A stretch of DNA of 16,956 nucleotides from a virus (Duplodnaviria; Heunggongvirae; Uroviricota; Caudoviricetes): IMG/VR virus record IMGVR_UViG_2740892218_000013, positions 1 through 16,956 of that record. The stretch is one strand, 5' to 3'. Below are positions 14,491 to 16,956 of this stretch, one piece after another (the stretch's first letter is position 1; the number at the start of each line of letters is the position of its first letter). Under the pieces are notes generated by a model, which saw only the letters and a list, made by a program, of their open reading frames with translations, was not told the origin of the DNA and ran no database searches. The position numbers were made by a program, and so were the translations under genes.

Positions 14491-15538
14491 GCGCCGGGAT
14501 TTACCCCCTAACCTTTATATAAGAAACAATGGATATTACTGCTACAGGGACCCAAGGACGGGTAAAGAGTTTGGATTAGGCCGAGACAGGCGAATCGCAA
14601 TCACTGAAGCTATACAGGCCAACATTGAGTTATTTTCAGGACACAAACACAAGCCTCTGACAGCGAGAATCAACAGTGATAATTCTGTTACGTTACATTC
14701 ATGGCTTGATCGCTACGAAAAAATCCTCTCCAGCAGAGGGATCAAGCAGAAGACATTAATAAATTACATGAGCAAAATTAAAGCAATAAGGAAGGAGTTA
14801 CCTGATGTTCCACTTGAAGACATCACCACAAAAGAAATTGCGACAATGCTCAATGGATACATAGACGAGGGTAAGGCGGCATCAGCCAAGTTAATCAGAT
14901 CGACACTGAGCGATGCATTCCGAGAGGCTATAGCTGAAGGCCATATAACGACAAACCCGGTCACCGCCACTCGCGCAGCAAAATCAGAGGTAAGGAGATC
15001 AAGACTTACGGCTGACGAATACCTGAAAATTTATCAAGCAGCAGAATCATCACCATGTTGGCTCAGACTTGCAATGGAACTGGCTGTTGTTACCGGGCAG
15101 CGAGTTGGTGATTTATGCGAAATGAAGTGGTCTGATATCGTAGATGGCTATCTTTATGTCGAGCAAAGCAAAACAGGCGTAAAAATTGCCATTCCTACAA
15201 CATTGCATGTTGATGCTCTCGGGATATCAATGAAAGAAACACTTGATAAATGCAAAGAGATTCTTGGCGGAGAAACCATAATTGCATCTACTCGTCGTGA
15301 ACCGCTTTCATCCGGCACAGTATCAAGGTATTTTATGCGCGCACGAAAAGCATCAGGTCTTTCCTTCGAAGGGACTCCGCCTACCTTTCACGAGTTGCGC
15401 AGTTTGTCTGCAAGACTCTATGAGAAGCAGATAAGCGATAAGTTTGCTCAACATCTTCTCGGGCATAAGTCGGACACCATGGCATCACAGTATCGTGATG
15501 ACAGAGGCAGGGAGTGGGACAAAATTGAAATCAAATAA
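14468..15538 (+). CDS. int: Tyrosine integrase Int, lambda type, 356 aa
   Basis: MGRRRSHERRDLPPNLYIRNNGYYCYRDPRTGKEFGLGRDRRIAITEAIQANIELF... matches lambda Int as recalled; C-terminal catalytic motifs (HELRSL, LLGH, Y in SQYRD) present. Confidence 0.95.
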   Translation: MGRRRSHERRDLPPNLYIRNNGYYCYRDPRTGKEFGLGRDRRIAITEAIQANIELFSGHKHKPLTARINSDNSVTLHSWLDRYEKILSSRGIKQKTLINYMSKIKAIRKELPDVPLEDITTKEIATMLNGYIDEGKAASAKLIRSTLSDAFREAIAEGHITTNPVTATRAAKSEVRRSRLTADEYLKIYQAAESSPCWLRLAMELAVVTGQRVGDLCEMKWSDIVDGYLYVEQSKTGVKIAIPTTLHVDALGISMKETLDKCKEILGGETIIASTRREPLSSGTVSRYFMRARKASGLSFEGTPPTFHELRSLSARLYEKQISDKFAQHLLGHKSDTMASQYRDDRGREWDKIEIK

Positions 15539-15626
15539 TGATTTTATTTTGACTGATAGTGACCTGTTCGTTGCAACAAATTGATAAGTAATGCTTTTTT
15601 ATAAGGCCAACTTAGTATAAAAAAGC
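15539..15626. other. attL junction: P' arm with arm-type Int sites plus 15-bp core
   Basis: Core TTAGTATAAAAAAGC at 15612-15626 is the reverse complement of the lambda core GCTTTTTTATACTAA; arm-type site ATAGTGACCT at 15556-15565; flanking GCAGGCTTCA matches the bacterial attB arm. Confidence 0.85.
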
Positions 15627-15672
15627 AGGCTTCAACGGATTCATTTTTCCATTTCATAGCCCGGAGCAACCT

Positions 15673-16956
15673 GTGAACACATTTTCAGTTTCCCGTCTGG
15701 CGCTGGCACTGGCTTTTGGCGTGACGCTGACCGCCTGTAGCTCAACACCGCCCGATCAACGTCCTTCTGATCAAACCGCGCCTGGTACTTCTTCTCGCCC
15801 GATTCTGTCGGCAAAAGAAGCGCAGAATTTCGATGCTCAACACTATTTTTCATCCCTGACGCCTGGTGCTGCGGCGTGGAATCCTTCGCCGATTACCCTG
15901 CCTGCACAACCTGACTTTGTTGTCGGCCCGGCGGGTACTCCAGGTGTAACGCATACCACGATTCAGGCGGCGGTAGATGCGGCAATTATCAAGCGTACCA
16001 ATAAGCGCCAGTATATTGCCGTGATGCCTGGTGAGTATCAGGGAACGGTGTATGTCCCTGCCGCTCCGGGTGGAATCACCGTCTATGGTACAGGCGAAAA
16101 ACCGATTGATGTGAAGATTGGACTCTCCCTTGATGGCGGCATGAGCCCTGCCGACTGGCGTCATGACGTCAACCCGCGCGGCAAATATATGCCAGGTAAA
16201 CCAGCGTGGTATATGTACGATAGCTGCCAGAGCAAACGCAGCAACAGTATCGGCGTTCTGTGTTCTGCGGTCTTCTGGTCGCAAAACAATGGCCTGCAAC
16301 TGCAAAATCTGACCATCGAAAACACGCTGGGCGATAGCGTAGATGCAGGCAACCATCCGGCGGTAGCTCTGCGTACTGATGGCGATAAAGTACAGATCAA
16401 TAACGTCAATATTCTGGGTCGTCAGAATACTTTCTTTGTGACTAACAGTGGCGTGCAAAACCGTCTGGAAACCAACCGCCAGCCGCGTACGCTGGTGACT
16501 AACAGCTACATCGAAGGGGATGTGGATATCGTTTCTGGTCGCGGCGCAGTGGTGTTCGATAATACTGAATTCCGCGTGGTGAACTCCCGTACCCAGCAGG
16601 AAGCGTATGTGTTTGCACCAGCTACGCTGTCTAATATCTATTACGGTTTCCTGGCAGTAAATAGCCGATTTAATGCTTCTGGTGATGGCGTCGCGCAGTT
16701 GGGTCGCTCGCTGGATGTTGATGCCAATACCAACGGCCAGGTGGTGATTCGTGATAGCGCCATTAACGAAGGCTTTAACACAGCTAAACCGTGGGCTGAC
16801 GCGGTGATCTCTAATCGTCCGTTCGCGGGTAATACCGGAAACGCTGATGATAGCGACGATGTACAGCGCAATCTGAATGACACTAACTACAACCGCATGT
16901 GGGAGTACAACAACCGCGGCGTGGGTAGCAAAGTGGTTGCAGAGGCGAAGAAGTAA
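15673..16956 (+). CDS. ybhC: Host outer-membrane lipoprotein YbhC (pectinesterase-family), 427 aa
   Basis: GTG start; lipobox LTAC in signal peptide; sequence matches E. coli YbhC as recalled; known to flank attB-lambda on the gal side. Confidence 0.9.
   Translation: MNTFSVSRLALALAFGVTLTACSSTPPDQRPSDQTAPGTSSRPILSAKEAQNFDAQHYFSSLTPGAAAWNPSPITLPAQPDFVVGPAGTPGVTHTTIQAAVDAAIIKRTNKRQYIAVMPGEYQGTVYVPAAPGGITVYGTGEKPIDVKIGLSLDGGMSPADWRHDVNPRGKYMPGKPAWYMYDSCQSKRSNSIGVLCSAVFWSQNNGLQLQNLTIENTLGDSVDAGNHPAVALRTDGDKVQINNVNILGRQNTFFVTNSGVQNRLETNRQPRTLVTNSYIEGDVDIVSGRGAVVFDNTEFRVVNSRTQQEAYVFAPATLSNIYYGFLAVNSRFNASGDGVAQLGRSLDVDANTNGQVVIRDSAINEGFNTAKPWADAVISNRPFAGNTGNADDSDDVQRNLNDTNYNRMWEYNNRGVGSKVVAEAKK

Larger units (their letters stand above)
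1..15626. mobile_element. Lambdoid prophage, integrase-proximal portion (continues beyond the window start); mosaic of lambda-like and P22/HK620-like modules
   Basis: Contiguous nin, replication, immunity, pL-operon and int/xis modules in lambda gene order, ending at an attL core 74 bp past int and followed by host ybhC. Confidence 0.9.

Noticed and set aside
15641-16883. Minus-strand ORFs 15641-15853, 15850-16458, 16161-16409 and 16641-16883 opposite ybhC
   Set aside because: ybhC is a well-recognised full-length host gene on the plus strand; the antisense frames are GC-rich coding-strand artefacts.
1-16956. CRISPR arrays, tRNA or rRNA genes
   Set aside because: No regularly spaced direct repeats with unique spacers and no tRNA-like cloverleaf or rRNA-like segments were seen. 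The only repeat clusters are the ori iterons, the 16-bp pair at 7154-7203 and the coding repeats at 8240-8730.

Overview
The window is the integrase-proximal arm of a mosaic lambdoid prophage integrated at the E. coli lambda attachment site, ending at an attL junction (core at 15612-15626) next to the host lipoprotein gene ybhC (15673-16956). From left to right it runs: nin region on the minus strand (ninG partial, ninF split by an HNH endonuclease gene, ninE, ninB), a DnaB-type helicase and lambda-O-like initiator with ori iterons, cII, cro, a divergent cI, a P22-type N with matching nutL/nutR boxB hairpins, then the pL operon (cIII, kil, a Sak4-type ATPase with an SSB-like partner, Ea22-like and DUF551-like small genes) and lambda-type xis and int. 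No rRNA, tRNA or CRISPR array was seen. The best candidate for an undescribed system is the AT-rich block at 6533-7765, between N and cIII, where lambda carries sieB/ral/ea10. It holds three unrecognised ORFs: one translationally coupled to N, one convergent antisense ORF, and one multi-pass membrane protein, with a 16-bp direct repeat between them. A second notable feature is the HNH endonuclease gene inserted inside ninF. All identifications rest on reading the sequence and recalled protein sequences; no searches were run.
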